DNA of 40,679 bases from Frankiales bacterium. Lineage in GTDB: Bacteria > Actinomycetota > Actinomycetes > Mycobacteriales > SCTD01. This document shows positions 28,328 to 37,482 of this stretch, one piece after another. The stretch spans positions 1-40,679 of the forward strand of contig JAYUBO010000021.1 of the NCBI GenBank assembly GCA_043740815.1. The letters run 5' to 3'. Every line of letters begins with the position of its first letter. The first letter of the stretch is position 1. The translations under genes and the position numbers were made by a program. The notes under the pieces were generated by a model. The model saw only the letters and a program-made list of their open reading frames with translations. It was not told the origin of the DNA and ran no database searches.

Positions 28328-29473
28328 ATGTGCGGCGTGTCGAAACACAGTGTTCACGGGCCGCTCGAGGGTTTGCTCGTCGTCGACTTCTCCCGGGTCC
28401 TGGCCGGCCCCTTCGCGACGGTGATGCTCGCCGACCTCGGGGCCCGGGTGGTCAAGGTCGAGAAACCGGACATCGGGGACGACTCGCGCGGCTACGGGCC
28501 TTTCATGGGCGGGCGTTCGCTGTACTTCGCGCGTGTCAACCACGGGAAGGAGTCGATCGCCCTCGACCTGGGCCTACCCGCCGACCTGGCCGTTGCCCGG
28601 GCGCTGATCGCCCGCGCCGACGTCCTGGTGGAGAACTTCCGACCGGGTGTGATGGAGCGCCTCGGTCTCGGCCCGGACGCTCTGCTGGCCGTGCATCCGT
28701 CGTTGGTGTACTGCTCGATCAGCGGCTTCGGGCATACCGGCCCCTGGTCGCAGCGACCCGCCTACGACGCCGTCGTACAGGGGATGAGCGGCATCATGGC
28801 GATCACCGGCGCGGCTGACGGCCCGCCGATCAAGCCCGGCTCGCCGGTCGCGGACCTGTCTGCCGGCCTCTATGCGTTCGGTGGGATCTGCGCCGCGCTG
28901 CGCAGTGGCCGTGGCACCCACCTCGATGTCGCGATGTACGACGCGACGGTGTCCCTGCTCGAAGGCGCCGCCCTCGCGTGGTTGGCGACGGGGGTGGACC
29001 CCAGCAGAATCGGCAACGCCCACTTCGCGATCGCGCCGTTCGACACCTTCGCCTGCGCCGACCGCGACATCACGATCTGCGCCGCCAACGACCTGCTGTT
29101 CGGCGCCCTGTGCACGACGCTCGGCCTGCCCGCGGTCCTGCGTGATACACGGTTCGCCACGAACGTGGGTCGCCATAACGACCGGGAGGTGCTGAAGGGG
29201 CTGCTGGAGGGTGCGCTGCGGACGGCCCCGGCTGCGCACTGGCTGACCGTCCTGGAGGCCGCGGGCGTGCCCTGCGGACCCATCAGCGGGGTCGCGGAGG
29301 CGGTGGGCTCCGAGCAGTCGACGGTGCGGCAGATGGTCGTCGACGCCGGGGGCGTCCCAGTCCCTGGCAATCCGGTCAAGCTCTCGGCGTGGCCCGACGC
29401 GGGGTGGCGCGGGGCGGCCCCGCTGCTGGACGAGGACGGCCCTGCCCTGCGCGCCGAGTTCGGCGCACCCTGA
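28328..29473 (+). CDS. CaiB/BaiF family (class III) CoA-transferase
   Basis: ATG 28328. GPLEGLLVVDFSRVLAGPFATVMLADLGARVVKVE, a typical family III N-terminus. Confidence 0.9.
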   Translation: MCGVSKHSVHGPLEGLLVVDFSRVLAGPFATVMLADLGARVVKVEKPDIGDDSRGYGPFMGGRSLYFARVNHGKESIALDLGLPADLAVARALIARADVLVENFRPGVMERLGLGPDALLAVHPSLVYCSISGFGHTGPWSQRPAYDAVVQGMSGIMAITGAADGPPIKPGSPVADLSAGLYAFGGICAALRSGRGTHLDVAMYDATVSLLEGAALAWLATGVDPSRIGNAHFAIAPFDTFACADRDITICAANDLLFGALCTTLGLPAVLRDTRFATNVGRHNDREVLKGLLEGALRTAPAAHWLTVLEAAGVPCGPISGVAEAVGSEQSTVRQMVVDAGGVPVPGNPVKLSAWPDAGWRGAAPLLDEDGPALRAEFGAP

Positions 29474-29480
29474 GATCAGG

Positions 29481-30113
29481 TCAGCTGGCACCTGAGCTGG
29501 CCACGGGCGACGGTGTGGCCGTCGGGGGGGCGGTCACGGTGACAGTCGGGGTGACCGTGGCATTCGGCGTGACGGTCGCTGTGGGGCGTGTCGTGGCGGG
29601 TCGTGTCGTGGCCACGGCCCTGGCCGTCGGGGGGGCGGCCGGTGTGGTCGGTCTGGTCTTCGGGCCCGGGGCCACAAAGGGCAGAACCGCGGCGGTAGGG
29701 ACTGGTGCGACGACTGCTTTGGTGGGCGTCCCGACGGCGGCCCGCGCAGCGCCCGTCGTCCGCCGGACCGCGGCGACCGGAACCCCTCGACCGGGCGGCG
29801 TCAGGCGGTAGCCATTCCCGCTGCGGCGGGCGTCGAGGGACGCGGGCGGGGGAGCGATGCCACGGTGGGGCAGGGCGAGGGTAGGGACGACCGTGGCGGG
29901 GACGACCGAGCCCACGTGACTCCCGGCGGTGGCCCCCCGTGCGGGTGGGTGCGGCGCGACAGCCCAGGCCAGGCCGGCTGTCCCGGAGACGGCAGCGACC
30001 CCGGTCAGCAAGGTCAGACCACGGACAACCTGAACGGTGCGGTCACGACGCTGCACCGCGTCCGCGCCAGGTCCGGGGGAGCGTGTCACCTCACACGCAT
30101 CGACAGCAGCCAC
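29481..30113 (-). CDS. Hypothetical membrane-anchored Pro/Thr/Ala-rich protein
   Basis: One TM helix (GLTLLTGVAAVSGTAGLAWAV) followed by low-complexity sequence with ATVTPNATVTPTVTVTAPP repeats. Coding status is plausible but weak. Confidence 0.5.
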   Translation of the reverse strand: MAAVDACEVTRSPGPGADAVQRRDRTVQVVRGLTLLTGVAAVSGTAGLAWAVAPHPPARGATAGSHVGSVVPATVVPTLALPHRGIAPPPASLDARRSGNGYRLTPPGRGVPVAAVRRTTGAARAAVGTPTKAVVAPVPTAAVLPFVAPGPKTRPTTPAAPPTARAVATTRPATTRPTATVTPNATVTPTVTVTAPPTATPSPVASSGAS

Positions 30114-30156
30114 GGCGTTCTACAGCCCGCCGCCAGGGTGTCGGCGAACGTCCCGG

Positions 30157-31917
30157 TCAGGCGGTGGCGCGGGCCGGTCGCTCGAGGGGGCGCAGGTGCC
30201 GGCGGTCGTCGAAGGGCCGCACGCTGTCCCGACCGGACTGCAGCTCGCCGAGCCAGGACCGCAGGCGCCCGGCACCCTGGGCCGGGGAGGCCAGGACGCC
30301 CTCGAGGCGGACCAGGCGCACGCCGTCAGCCTCGAGCCAGCGCAGCACACAGCGCACCTCCTCGGCGGTCGCGGCTGGCAGCGGTCCGGCTTGGGGCAGG
30401 ACGGTCTCGGCGGTGGCAAGCAGCGCGTCGACGAAGGGCCCGGGTGCCTGGCCGCGCGGCAGGACGCCCGAACCGACGAGCCGTCCGCGGCGCAGGACGG
30501 CCAGCTCCCACCCCAGGTCGGCCGTCGGCCGGGCCGCGACCAGCTCGGGCACCGAGGTGAGGGCCGTCATCCGTTGCAGGGAGGCCACCGACCTGACCAG
30601 CGCGGCCAGGCGGTCGCGCTGGAAAGCGGCATCTTCGAACCGCTCCGCCTCGGCCAGCGCGGCGATCTTGCTCTGCAGCGCGTCGACGACGCCGCTCGGG
30701 TCGGCCGACACCAGCGTGCGGAACGCGTGGGCGTGCACGGAGTAGGCCTGGACGCTCTCGCCCTCCCCGAGCAGGCAGGGCGCGCCGCACCGGCCCATCT
30801 CGGCCAGCACGCAGGCCGCAGAGGCCACCCGCAGCGACAGCTTGCGGGTGCACTGCCTCAGCGGGATGGCCTCGTGCACTGCTGCGACGACCAGCTCCGC
30901 CGTGCGAGTGCTCGAGAATGGCCCGAGGTAGACAGCTCCGTCACCGACAACCTTGCGGACCAGTGACAGCCGCGGGAAGGACTCGACGGTGAGCTTGACC
31001 CACGTGGCCTTCTCAGGGAACTTCGAGCGCCGGTTGTAGCGCGGACGGTGCTCGGCGATCAGCCGCAGCTCGCGGATCTCGGCCTCGAGCTCGGTCGCGC
31101 AGACCACCGGGTCGACGCTTTCGGCGAGGCCGACCATCTCCGCCATACGGGTGCGCATCTCGGAGGCTGTGAAATAAGTCCGGACCCGGGAGCGCAGGTC
31201 ACGGGACTTCCCGACGTACAGGACCCGACCTTGGACGTCTCGGAACAGGTAGACCCCCGGGGCGTGCGGGAGGCTGTCGGCCAGGTGCCGCTTGCGACGC
31301 TGTTGCGGGGTGACCTGGGAGGAGAAGGTGCGCAGCTCCTCGAGCGAGTGGACGCCGAGGTTGCCCAGGCGGCCGATGAGGCCGTGCAGCACATCGACCG
31401 TGGCCTGGGCGTCGTGCAGGGCCCGGTGGTCGGGGGTGATGCGCGTGTGGAACAGCCGGCTCAGCGAGGAGAGCTTGCAGTCAGGGGCCTCGTCGCGGGT
31501 CAGCACGCGACGGGCCAGCCGGGCGGTGTCGAGGGAGTCGAAGCCGGGCCAGTCGAGGGCGAGCTGACCGCAGCCGGCCTTGAGGAAACCCAGGTCGAAG
31601 GGGGCGTTGTGCGCAACCAGGACCGACCCGCGGGCGAACTCCAGGAAGCTCGGCAAGGCCTCCGACAGGCGCGGGGCTCCCGCAACCATGCTGTCGGTGA
31701 TGCCGGTGAGGACCGCGATGAAGGGCGGGATGGCCCGCGCGGGGTTGACCAACGACTGGAACTCGCCGAGGACCTCGCCGCCGCAGACCTTGACCGCGCC
31801 GATCTCGGTGATGGCGCAGTCGAGGTGCGAGCCGCCTGTGGTTTCGAGGTCGACGACCACGAACACCGTGTCCCTCAGGGGTGTCCCGAGCTCGTCGAGG
31901 GTCATCTGCAGCGGCAC
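30157..31917 (-). CDS. DEDDh 3'-5' exonuclease (DnaQ-like) fused to a GIY-YIG (UvrC/Cho-like) nuclease domain
   Basis: VVVDLETTG, AHNAPFD and HRALHDA exonuclease motifs, then PGVYLFRDVQGRVLYVGKS...RTRM (GIY-YIG). 586 aa. Confidence 0.9.
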   Translation of the reverse strand: MPLQMTLDELGTPLRDTVFVVVDLETTGGSHLDCAITEIGAVKVCGGEVLGEFQSLVNPARAIPPFIAVLTGITDSMVAGAPRLSEALPSFLEFARGSVLVAHNAPFDLGFLKAGCGQLALDWPGFDSLDTARLARRVLTRDEAPDCKLSSLSRLFHTRITPDHRALHDAQATVDVLHGLIGRLGNLGVHSLEELRTFSSQVTPQQRRKRHLADSLPHAPGVYLFRDVQGRVLYVGKSRDLRSRVRTYFTASEMRTRMAEMVGLAESVDPVVCATELEAEIRELRLIAEHRPRYNRRSKFPEKATWVKLTVESFPRLSLVRKVVGDGAVYLGPFSSTRTAELVVAAVHEAIPLRQCTRKLSLRVASAACVLAEMGRCGAPCLLGEGESVQAYSVHAHAFRTLVSADPSGVVDALQSKIAALAEAERFEDAAFQRDRLAALVRSVASLQRMTALTSVPELVAARPTADLGWELAVLRRGRLVGSGVLPRGQAPGPFVDALLATAETVLPQAGPLPAATAEEVRCVLRWLEADGVRLVRLEGVLASPAQGAGRLRSWLGELQSGRDSVRPFDDRRHLRPLERPARATA

Positions 31918-32001
31918 CCTCCGGACGGTAGGTGCGGGGTCCGACAGGGCCTGGCAAGCACGGCGGCGACGCGCCGCTTAGGGTTTAACAAGGAGGTGCG
32001 G

Positions 32002-34620
32002 ATGGTGGCAGTGGGCCATCGCGGGCGTCGGCTCGCGACGGCGGTGGTTGCCATGCTCGCTCTGGGCTCCGTGCTGGTCACCCAACGCGGCGGTACGGCG
32101 GTCGCGTCGACCGTCCGGACCGTCGACGAGGACGTGAGCGTCCCGGGAGGCCCGACGTTTCCCGGAGTCGTGCGGCTGACGACGACGCTCTACCTTCCGG
32201 CCGGGGCGTCCGCGGCCCATCCGGCACCGGCGGTCATCGTGTCGCCCGGCTTCGGGCAGAACAAGGGCTCGGTCGCGGCCGACGCCCGGGCGCTTGCCGA
32301 CCGCGGCTATGTCGCCCTGGCGTGGACGATGCGCGGGTTCAACTTCGCGCCGGACGGCGGCAAGATCGCGCTGGATGCCCCTGACGCGGAGGTCGCCGAC
32401 CTCAGCCGCCTGATCGACCACCTAGCCCAGCGTCCGGACGTCCTGCACGACAGCGCCAACGACCCGCGGGTCGGCCTGGTTGGCGGGTCGTACGGCGGTG
32501 GCGTCTCGCTGATGGGTGCGGCCCTGGACAAGCGGGTAGACGCGATCGTCCCCGTCATCACCTGGAACAGCCTCGAGTCCTCCCTGCTGCCGGGGGGCGT
32601 CTTCAAGGCGCAGTATGCCGCGGTCTTCTTCGCCGGCGCGTCGGGCGGAGGCTGCCGGTTGTTCGCCGTGCGCGTCTGCCAGACCTACACGCGCATCGCG
32701 CAGACCGGCCTCGCGACCCCGGCCGACCGGGCGCTGCTGCGCGCCTCGAGCCCCGGCCCGATCGCGGACCGGATCACCGCGCCGACCCTGCTCATCCAAG
32801 GTGAGGACGACACGCTGTTCCCCCTGTCGGAGTCGCTTGCGACCGCAAAAGCCCTGAAGGCTAAGGGAACTGAGGTTCACCTGGTCTGGATGAGAGGCGG
32901 CCACGACGTGCCGTTCGGGGCGACCGGCGAGGCCCGTATCCGGGCCATGACGGCCACCTGGTTCGACCGGTGGCTGCGTCGCAACCCCCGCGTCAACACC
33001 GGCCCGGTGTTCGGCTGGGACCGCAGTGGCGGCGACGCAGGTACGTCGGCCTCGCTGCCTCCGATCCGCCCGGTCGGCACTGTCCCCGTCGAGGGTGCCC
33101 CCTCCGTCACGGTCACCAACCCGGCCGGCGGTCGACCCTCCTCCATCAGCAGCGTCCCCGGAGCCGGCTCCCTCGGGGGGCTCGCCTCGGGCCTGGGCTT
33201 CGACATCCCCGGCCAGGAGGCGCGCTGGCAGACCGCACCGCTGGCCCAGACCCGGGAGCTGCTTGGCGCCGGCAGGCTCACGGTGCACGTGGCCTCCACC
33301 ACCGGCCAGGCCGTGCTGTTCGCGAAGGTCTTCGACGTCGCCCCTGACGGCAGCGCGCGCCTGCCCAATGGGCAGGTCGCCCCCATCCGCCTCACTGACG
33401 TCGGCGGCTCTGGCCGGGACGTGACCCTCGACTTGCCCACCCTGTCTCACGTTTTCCCTGCGGGCAACCGGATCCGGGTCTCGGTCGCGTCGACCGACCT
33501 GGCGTATGCCGGACCGCTGGCCCCCGCGTCGTACGACGTGTCGTTGGTGACCACCTCGGCGCTGACCCTGCCACTGGTGGCCCTGTCGGGAGCCAAGGGC
33601 TACGGCAACCTGGCGTTGGTGAGCGGCCTGCTGCTCGCGGTGCTGCTCGTCGTAGCCGCTTTCGTCCTGCTGCGCCGCCGGCGCCGACCACCGGACCTCG
33701 GCGACGACGACGTACCCCCTGTCGTGATCCGCGGGCTCGCCAAGAGTTACGCGGACGGTTTCCGGGCCGTCGACGGGGTCGACCTGGTCGTGGAGCGCGG
33801 CCAGGTCCTGGGGCTGCTAGGTCCCAACGGTGCGGGCAAGACGACGACGCTACGGATGCTCGCCGGCCTGATCAGGCCGTCCGAGGGCTCCGTGCAGCTG
33901 TTCGGACGCGAGGTCGTGTCGGGCGCGCCGGTCCTTTCGCGGGTCGGGTTTTTCATCGAAGGCCCCGGGCTGCTCCCGCACCTGTCGGGCATGGAGAACC
34001 TGCGGTTGTACTGGACGTCGACCGCCTCATCGATGGAGGGCTCCTACGTCGAGGAGGCGCTTGAGATCGCCGGCCTCGGCAACGCCGTCGACCGACCCGT
34101 CCGGACCTACAGCCAGGGCATGCGGCAGCGGCTGGCCATCGCCCAGGCGATGCTCGGCCGGCCCGATCTGCTCGTCCTGGACGAGCCCACCAACGGTTTG
34201 GACCCGCCGCAGATCAAGGAGGTGCGCGAGGTGCTGCAGGCCATCGCCGCTGCCGGCCGGACCGTGCTCGTCAGCAGCCACCTGCTGTCGGAGGTCGAGC
34301 AGACCTGCTCTCATGTCGTCGTGATGAGCCGGGGCAAGATCGTGGCCCAAGGTTCGGTCGACGACCTGCTCGCCGACAGCGGCACGGTCCACGTCGAGGT
34401 GCCGGACAAGGAGCGAGACCGGGCCATCGAGGTGGCCACGAACCTGCCGGGGGTGTTGTCGGTGCACGTCGACGGGCACGCAGTCGTGGTCGAGCTCGGG
34501 GACGTGTCCCGCGCCGACATCGTCGCCGCTCTGGTGCGAGCCGACGTCGACGTGCTCGGGGTGGCCTCGCGGCGCCGACTTGAAGACGTGTTCCTTGAGC
34601 TCACCGGGACCGGCCGGTGA
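32002..34620 (+). CDS. Fusion protein: signal peptide + CocE/NonD (S15)-type alpha/beta hydrolase + one TM helix + ABC ATP-binding domain
   Basis: ATG 32002 with AGGAGG at 31991. Signal RRLATAVVAMLALGSVLV, nucleophile elbow GGSYGGG, TM LALVSGLLLAVLLVVAAFVLLRRRRR, then GPNGAGKTT / YSQGMRQRLAIA / LLVLDEP. Bases 31048-32001 of the ORF are antisense to the neighbouring gene. Confidence 0.85.
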   Translation: MVAVGHRGRRLATAVVAMLALGSVLVTQRGGTAVASTVRTVDEDVSVPGGPTFPGVVRLTTTLYLPAGASAAHPAPAVIVSPGFGQNKGSVAADARALADRGYVALAWTMRGFNFAPDGGKIALDAPDAEVADLSRLIDHLAQRPDVLHDSANDPRVGLVGGSYGGGVSLMGAALDKRVDAIVPVITWNSLESSLLPGGVFKAQYAAVFFAGASGGGCRLFAVRVCQTYTRIAQTGLATPADRALLRASSPGPIADRITAPTLLIQGEDDTLFPLSESLATAKALKAKGTEVHLVWMRGGHDVPFGATGEARIRAMTATWFDRWLRRNPRVNTGPVFGWDRSGGDAGTSASLPPIRPVGTVPVEGAPSVTVTNPAGGRPSSISSVPGAGSLGGLASGLGFDIPGQEARWQTAPLAQTRELLGAGRLTVHVASTTGQAVLFAKVFDVAPDGSARLPNGQVAPIRLTDVGGSGRDVTLDLPTLSHVFPAGNRIRVSVASTDLAYAGPLAPASYDVSLVTTSALTLPLVALSGAKGYGNLALVSGLLLAVLLVVAAFVLLRRRRRPPDLGDDDVPPVVIRGLAKSYADGFRAVDGVDLVVERGQVLGLLGPNGAGKTTTLRMLAGLIRPSEGSVQLFGREVVSGAPVLSRVGFFIEGPGLLPHLSGMENLRLYWTSTASSMEGSYVEEALEIAGLGNAVDRPVRTYSQGMRQRLAIAQAMLGRPDLLVLDEPTNGLDPPQIKEVREVLQAIAAAGRTVLVSSHLLSEVEQTCSHVVVMSRGKIVAQGSVDDLLADSGTVHVEVPDKERDRAIEVATNLPGVLSVHVDGHAVVVELGDVSRADIVAALVRADVDVLGVASRRRLEDVFLELTGTGR

Positions 34621-35423
34621 TCAAGGTCGAGGTGTTGCGCCAAGCGAAGCGTCGCCGGACCATCTACGCGTTCCTGGCCCTGCTCGCGATCCCGTTGATC
34701 GTCATGACCGCCCTGCTGGTCAACGGCGGGGCGAACCGCCCGGGGGGCGGGCGTCCCGAGCTGGTCGACGTGGCCTCGGCCAGCGGCCTGAACTTCGCAC
34801 TGTTCATGCTGCTGGCGACCTCACAGTTCCTGCTCGTGGTGGTGGTGTCACTGTTCGCCGGGGACGCCGTGGCGAGCGAGGGTCAGTGGGGGTCGCTGCG
34901 CTACCTGCTGACCAGGCCGATCCCGCGCGCCCGCCTGCTGCGGACCAAGCTCGTGGTTGCGTCCCTGTACGCCGCCGTCGCCGTGGTCCTGGTTCCCCTG
35001 GCCTCCCTGGCGATGGGTGCCGTCGCCTTCGGCTGGTCAGCGGTGCAGACGCCCCTGGCCGGCGCCCTTGGCATCAACACGGGCCTGTCACGGCTGGCGC
35101 TCGGCACCGGCTTCGTCGTCGTCACGATGGCCGTTGTCGTCGCGCTGGCGTTCCTGTTCTCCACGATGACCGACGCCCCGTTGACGGCCGTTGGGGGAGC
35201 GGTCGTCTTGGTCGTCGTGTCGGAGATCCTGGACCAGGTCTCGGCTCTCGGCACGATCCGCAACGGCCTCCCGACGCACTACTGGCTGTCGTGGCTGGAT
35301 CTGCTCGTCGACCCGGTCGACGCTTCCCACATGACGACCGGACTGCTCGCCATGGTTCCGTGGGTCGTCGTACCCCTTGCTCTGGCGTTCTGGAACTTCA
35401 GCCGTAAGGACGTCCTGAGCTGA
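34617..35423 (+). CDS. ABC-2 type transporter permease
   Basis: The GTG overlaps the upstream TGA (GTGA). The 268-aa product has multiple hydrophobic segments. Confidence 0.85.
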   Translation: MIKVEVLRQAKRRRTIYAFLALLAIPLIVMTALLVNGGANRPGGGRPELVDVASASGLNFALFMLLATSQFLLVVVVSLFAGDAVASEGQWGSLRYLLTRPIPRARLLRTKLVVASLYAAVAVVLVPLASLAMGAVAFGWSAVQTPLAGALGINTGLSRLALGTGFVVVTMAVVVALAFLFSTMTDAPLTAVGGAVVLVVVSEILDQVSALGTIRNGLPTHYWLSWLDLLVDPVDASHMTTGLLAMVPWVVVPLALAFWNFSRKDVLS

Positions 35424-35478
35424 CGCCCCCAAGCCGCCGTTCCAGCGGGCTCTCAGGTCGAGGTCCTAGGGTGCGCAG

Positions 35479-35739
35479 GTGCCCGTGCCTCTCCCCGGAC
35501 CTGACACCCGCTGGCGCTGCCGCCAGTGCGGCAACCTGACGCGCTTTGACGTGACACGAACGACCCACGCGCGGGAGTACGTGCACGTCGACCTCGCCGG
35601 CGAGCAGGCGGTCGAGGAGCGAGAGGTCACCGAGGACGTGGTCGAGCAGGTGTCGTGCCGATGGTGCTCGGCCGTCGACGCTGTCGAGGTCATCGCAAGA
35701 CCTTCCACGTCGTCGGTCACTTCCCAGGCTGCGCCCTAG
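35479..35739 (+). CDS. Small zinc-ribbon-like protein, hypothetical
   Basis: CRQCGN...CRWCS Cys pairs. 86 aa, ending 5 nt before the next gene. Confidence 0.6.
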   Translation: MPVPLPGPDTRWRCRQCGNLTRFDVTRTTHAREYVHVDLAGEQAVEEREVTEDVVEQVSCRWCSAVDAVEVIARPSTSSVTSQAAP

Positions 35740-35744
35740 CACCC

Positions 35745-37034
35745 ATGGACGTGCTGCCCGGCCCGGTGCGCAGGCGCGTTCTCGCCCTGGCCAGTGAGCG
35801 GCTCGGTGCCCTCACCCCCGAGCTCGTTCCGGCGTCCCTCAAGGCTGTCGCCCGCTTCACGCCTGCCAAGCGTGCGCGCCTCGGCGCGGCAGCGCTCGCG
35901 GCCGCGCTCGAGAGCGACCCGGTGTTCCGGCAGGGGGTCGCTGATCTCGCCAAGGTGGCCCGGCCCGAGCTGGTCGCGGCCCTGCTGGCAGGCACGCCGC
36001 TGCCGACCGCTGCTGTCGAGGAGGCCGCTGCCGTCGCCTACGTTGTCCGGGCGCCCGGCTGGCAGAGCCTGGTCGAGGCCGCAGGGGTGGAGCTTCGCGC
36101 CCGGTCCCAGGCGGTCGCCGGCAGCGCAAAGGTCGATGCCGTCGAACGGCTCACCGAGCAGCTCGCCGCCGTCCGGGAGACGGGCCGCAGCGAGCTCGCC
36201 GCCGCCCGGGCGCAGGCCGAGGCGGCCGCACTGGAGCTCACTGCCGTACGACGCAAGGTCCGGGAGATGGGGGACCGGTCCGGTCGCGCCGAGCAGGCGC
36301 AGCGGGCGGCGGAGGTGGCCCTCCAGGCGGCCCGGGGTGAGCTGCAGGCGCTGCAGGCCTCCCGGGACGAGGAGCTGCGCGGCCTGCGGGACCGGGTGGC
36401 CGACGCCGAACGGCAGGTGGCCCAGGCCAGGTCAGCCGCGCGGGAGGGCCGGCAGGACGACCAACTGCGACTACGGCTGTTGCTCGACGCCCTCGTCGGG
36501 GCGGCCCAGGGCCTGCGCCGCGAGCTGGCCCTCCCGCCGGCCGTGGGACGCCCGGCCGATGCCCTCGCGGGCGACTACGCCGCCAGGGTGGAAGCGCCGT
36601 CGCTGCAGGGGCGCGCGGCAGACGACCCGGCACTGCTGGAGGCGCTGCTCGGTGTCCCCGCGACGCATCTGGTCATCGACGGCTACAACGTCACCAAGAC
36701 CGGGTACGGCGCGCTTGCCCTCGAGGCCCAGCGCGGCCGGCTGCTGAGCGGCCTGGGTGGGCTCTCGGCGCGCACCGGCGCCGAGGTGACCGTCGTCTTC
36801 GACGGCTCGGACACAGCCGTGCCGGTAGCACTGCCGGCGCCGCGCGGGGTGCGGATGCTGTTCAGCCGGACCGGCGAGACTGCCGACGAGGTGATCCGGC
36901 GGCTGGTGAGACACGAGCCGGAAGGGCGACCTGTCGTGGTGGTGTCCAGCGACAACGAGGTCGTCGACGGGGTGGTCCGGGCGGGCGCACGGGCGGTGCC
37001 CGCTAGCGGCCTGGTCCGGCTGCTGGACCGCTGA
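35745..37034 (+). CDS. NYN/YacP-like domain protein with a long Ala/Arg-rich coiled-coil N-terminal region
   Basis: ATG 35745. C-terminal THLVIDGYNVTK...VVFDGS...FSRTGETADEVI...VVSSDNEV. Confidence 0.8.
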   Translation: MDVLPGPVRRRVLALASERLGALTPELVPASLKAVARFTPAKRARLGAAALAAALESDPVFRQGVADLAKVARPELVAALLAGTPLPTAAVEEAAAVAYVVRAPGWQSLVEAAGVELRARSQAVAGSAKVDAVERLTEQLAAVRETGRSELAAARAQAEAAALELTAVRRKVREMGDRSGRAEQAQRAAEVALQAARGELQALQASRDEELRGLRDRVADAERQVAQARSAAREGRQDDQLRLRLLLDALVGAAQGLRRELALPPAVGRPADALAGDYAARVEAPSLQGRAADDPALLEALLGVPATHLVIDGYNVTKTGYGALALEAQRGRLLSGLGGLSARTGAEVTVVFDGSDTAVPVALPAPRGVRMLFSRTGETADEVIRRLVRHEPEGRPVVVVSSDNEVVDGVVRAGARAVPASGLVRLLDR

Positions 37035-37106
37035 CGGTCGCCCTCGAGAGGTTCTGTCGGTGGGTCTGCCTAGGTTCGGGACACGGCCGAGGGTGCCGTC
37101 GGAGAA

Positions 37107-37358
37107 TTGGAGAGACCAGTGCTCATCGACTGCGACGCGTGCGCCGTGCGCGACCTGCAGTGCGGCGACTGCGTGATGACCGTCCTGCTCGGCCCGACTG
37201 CGTGGGCCAACCCGGACCGTCCTGGGGTCTACGACGTCGACCCGCAGGAGGCTCTGGCCCTCGAGGCGTTGGCCGACAGCGGCCTGGTTCCGCACCTGCG
37301 ACTGGTCCCACTGGGCCGTCCCGACGACCCTGGCCGTGCCAGCAGCGCTGCCTCGTGA
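37107..37358 (+). CDS. Small Cys-rich hypothetical protein
   Basis: VLIDCDACAVRDLQCGDCVMTVLL. TTG 37107 or GTG 37119 start. Confidence 0.5.
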   Translation: MERPVLIDCDACAVRDLQCGDCVMTVLLGPTAWANPDRPGVYDVDPQEALALEALADSGLVPHLRLVPLGRPDDPGRASSAAS

Positions 37359-37482
37359 GGCCTTCGCAGGCCGTGGACGGGCGCGTCGAGGTCCACGTGC
37401 TTGTGCGTGCGGGAGAGGGCCGAGAGACTGAAGTTCCAGGCCCGCGAGTGCGGGGCGTCGCAACACATGGACGGGGCAACCG

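Noticed and set aside
29500-29660. Apparent DNA tandem repeat (GTGACNGT / GTCGTGGC units)
   Set aside because: It is explained by the low-complexity Thr/Val/Pro/Ala coding repeats of the minus-strand ORF. There is no spacer-repeat organisation, so it is not a CRISPR array or a satellite.
31048-32001. N-terminal 318 codons of the 1190-aa ORF
   Set aside because: This part is antisense to the DnaQ/GIY-YIG gene and does not read like protein. A strong AGGAGG-N5-ATG at 32002 is followed by a signal peptide, which marks the real start.
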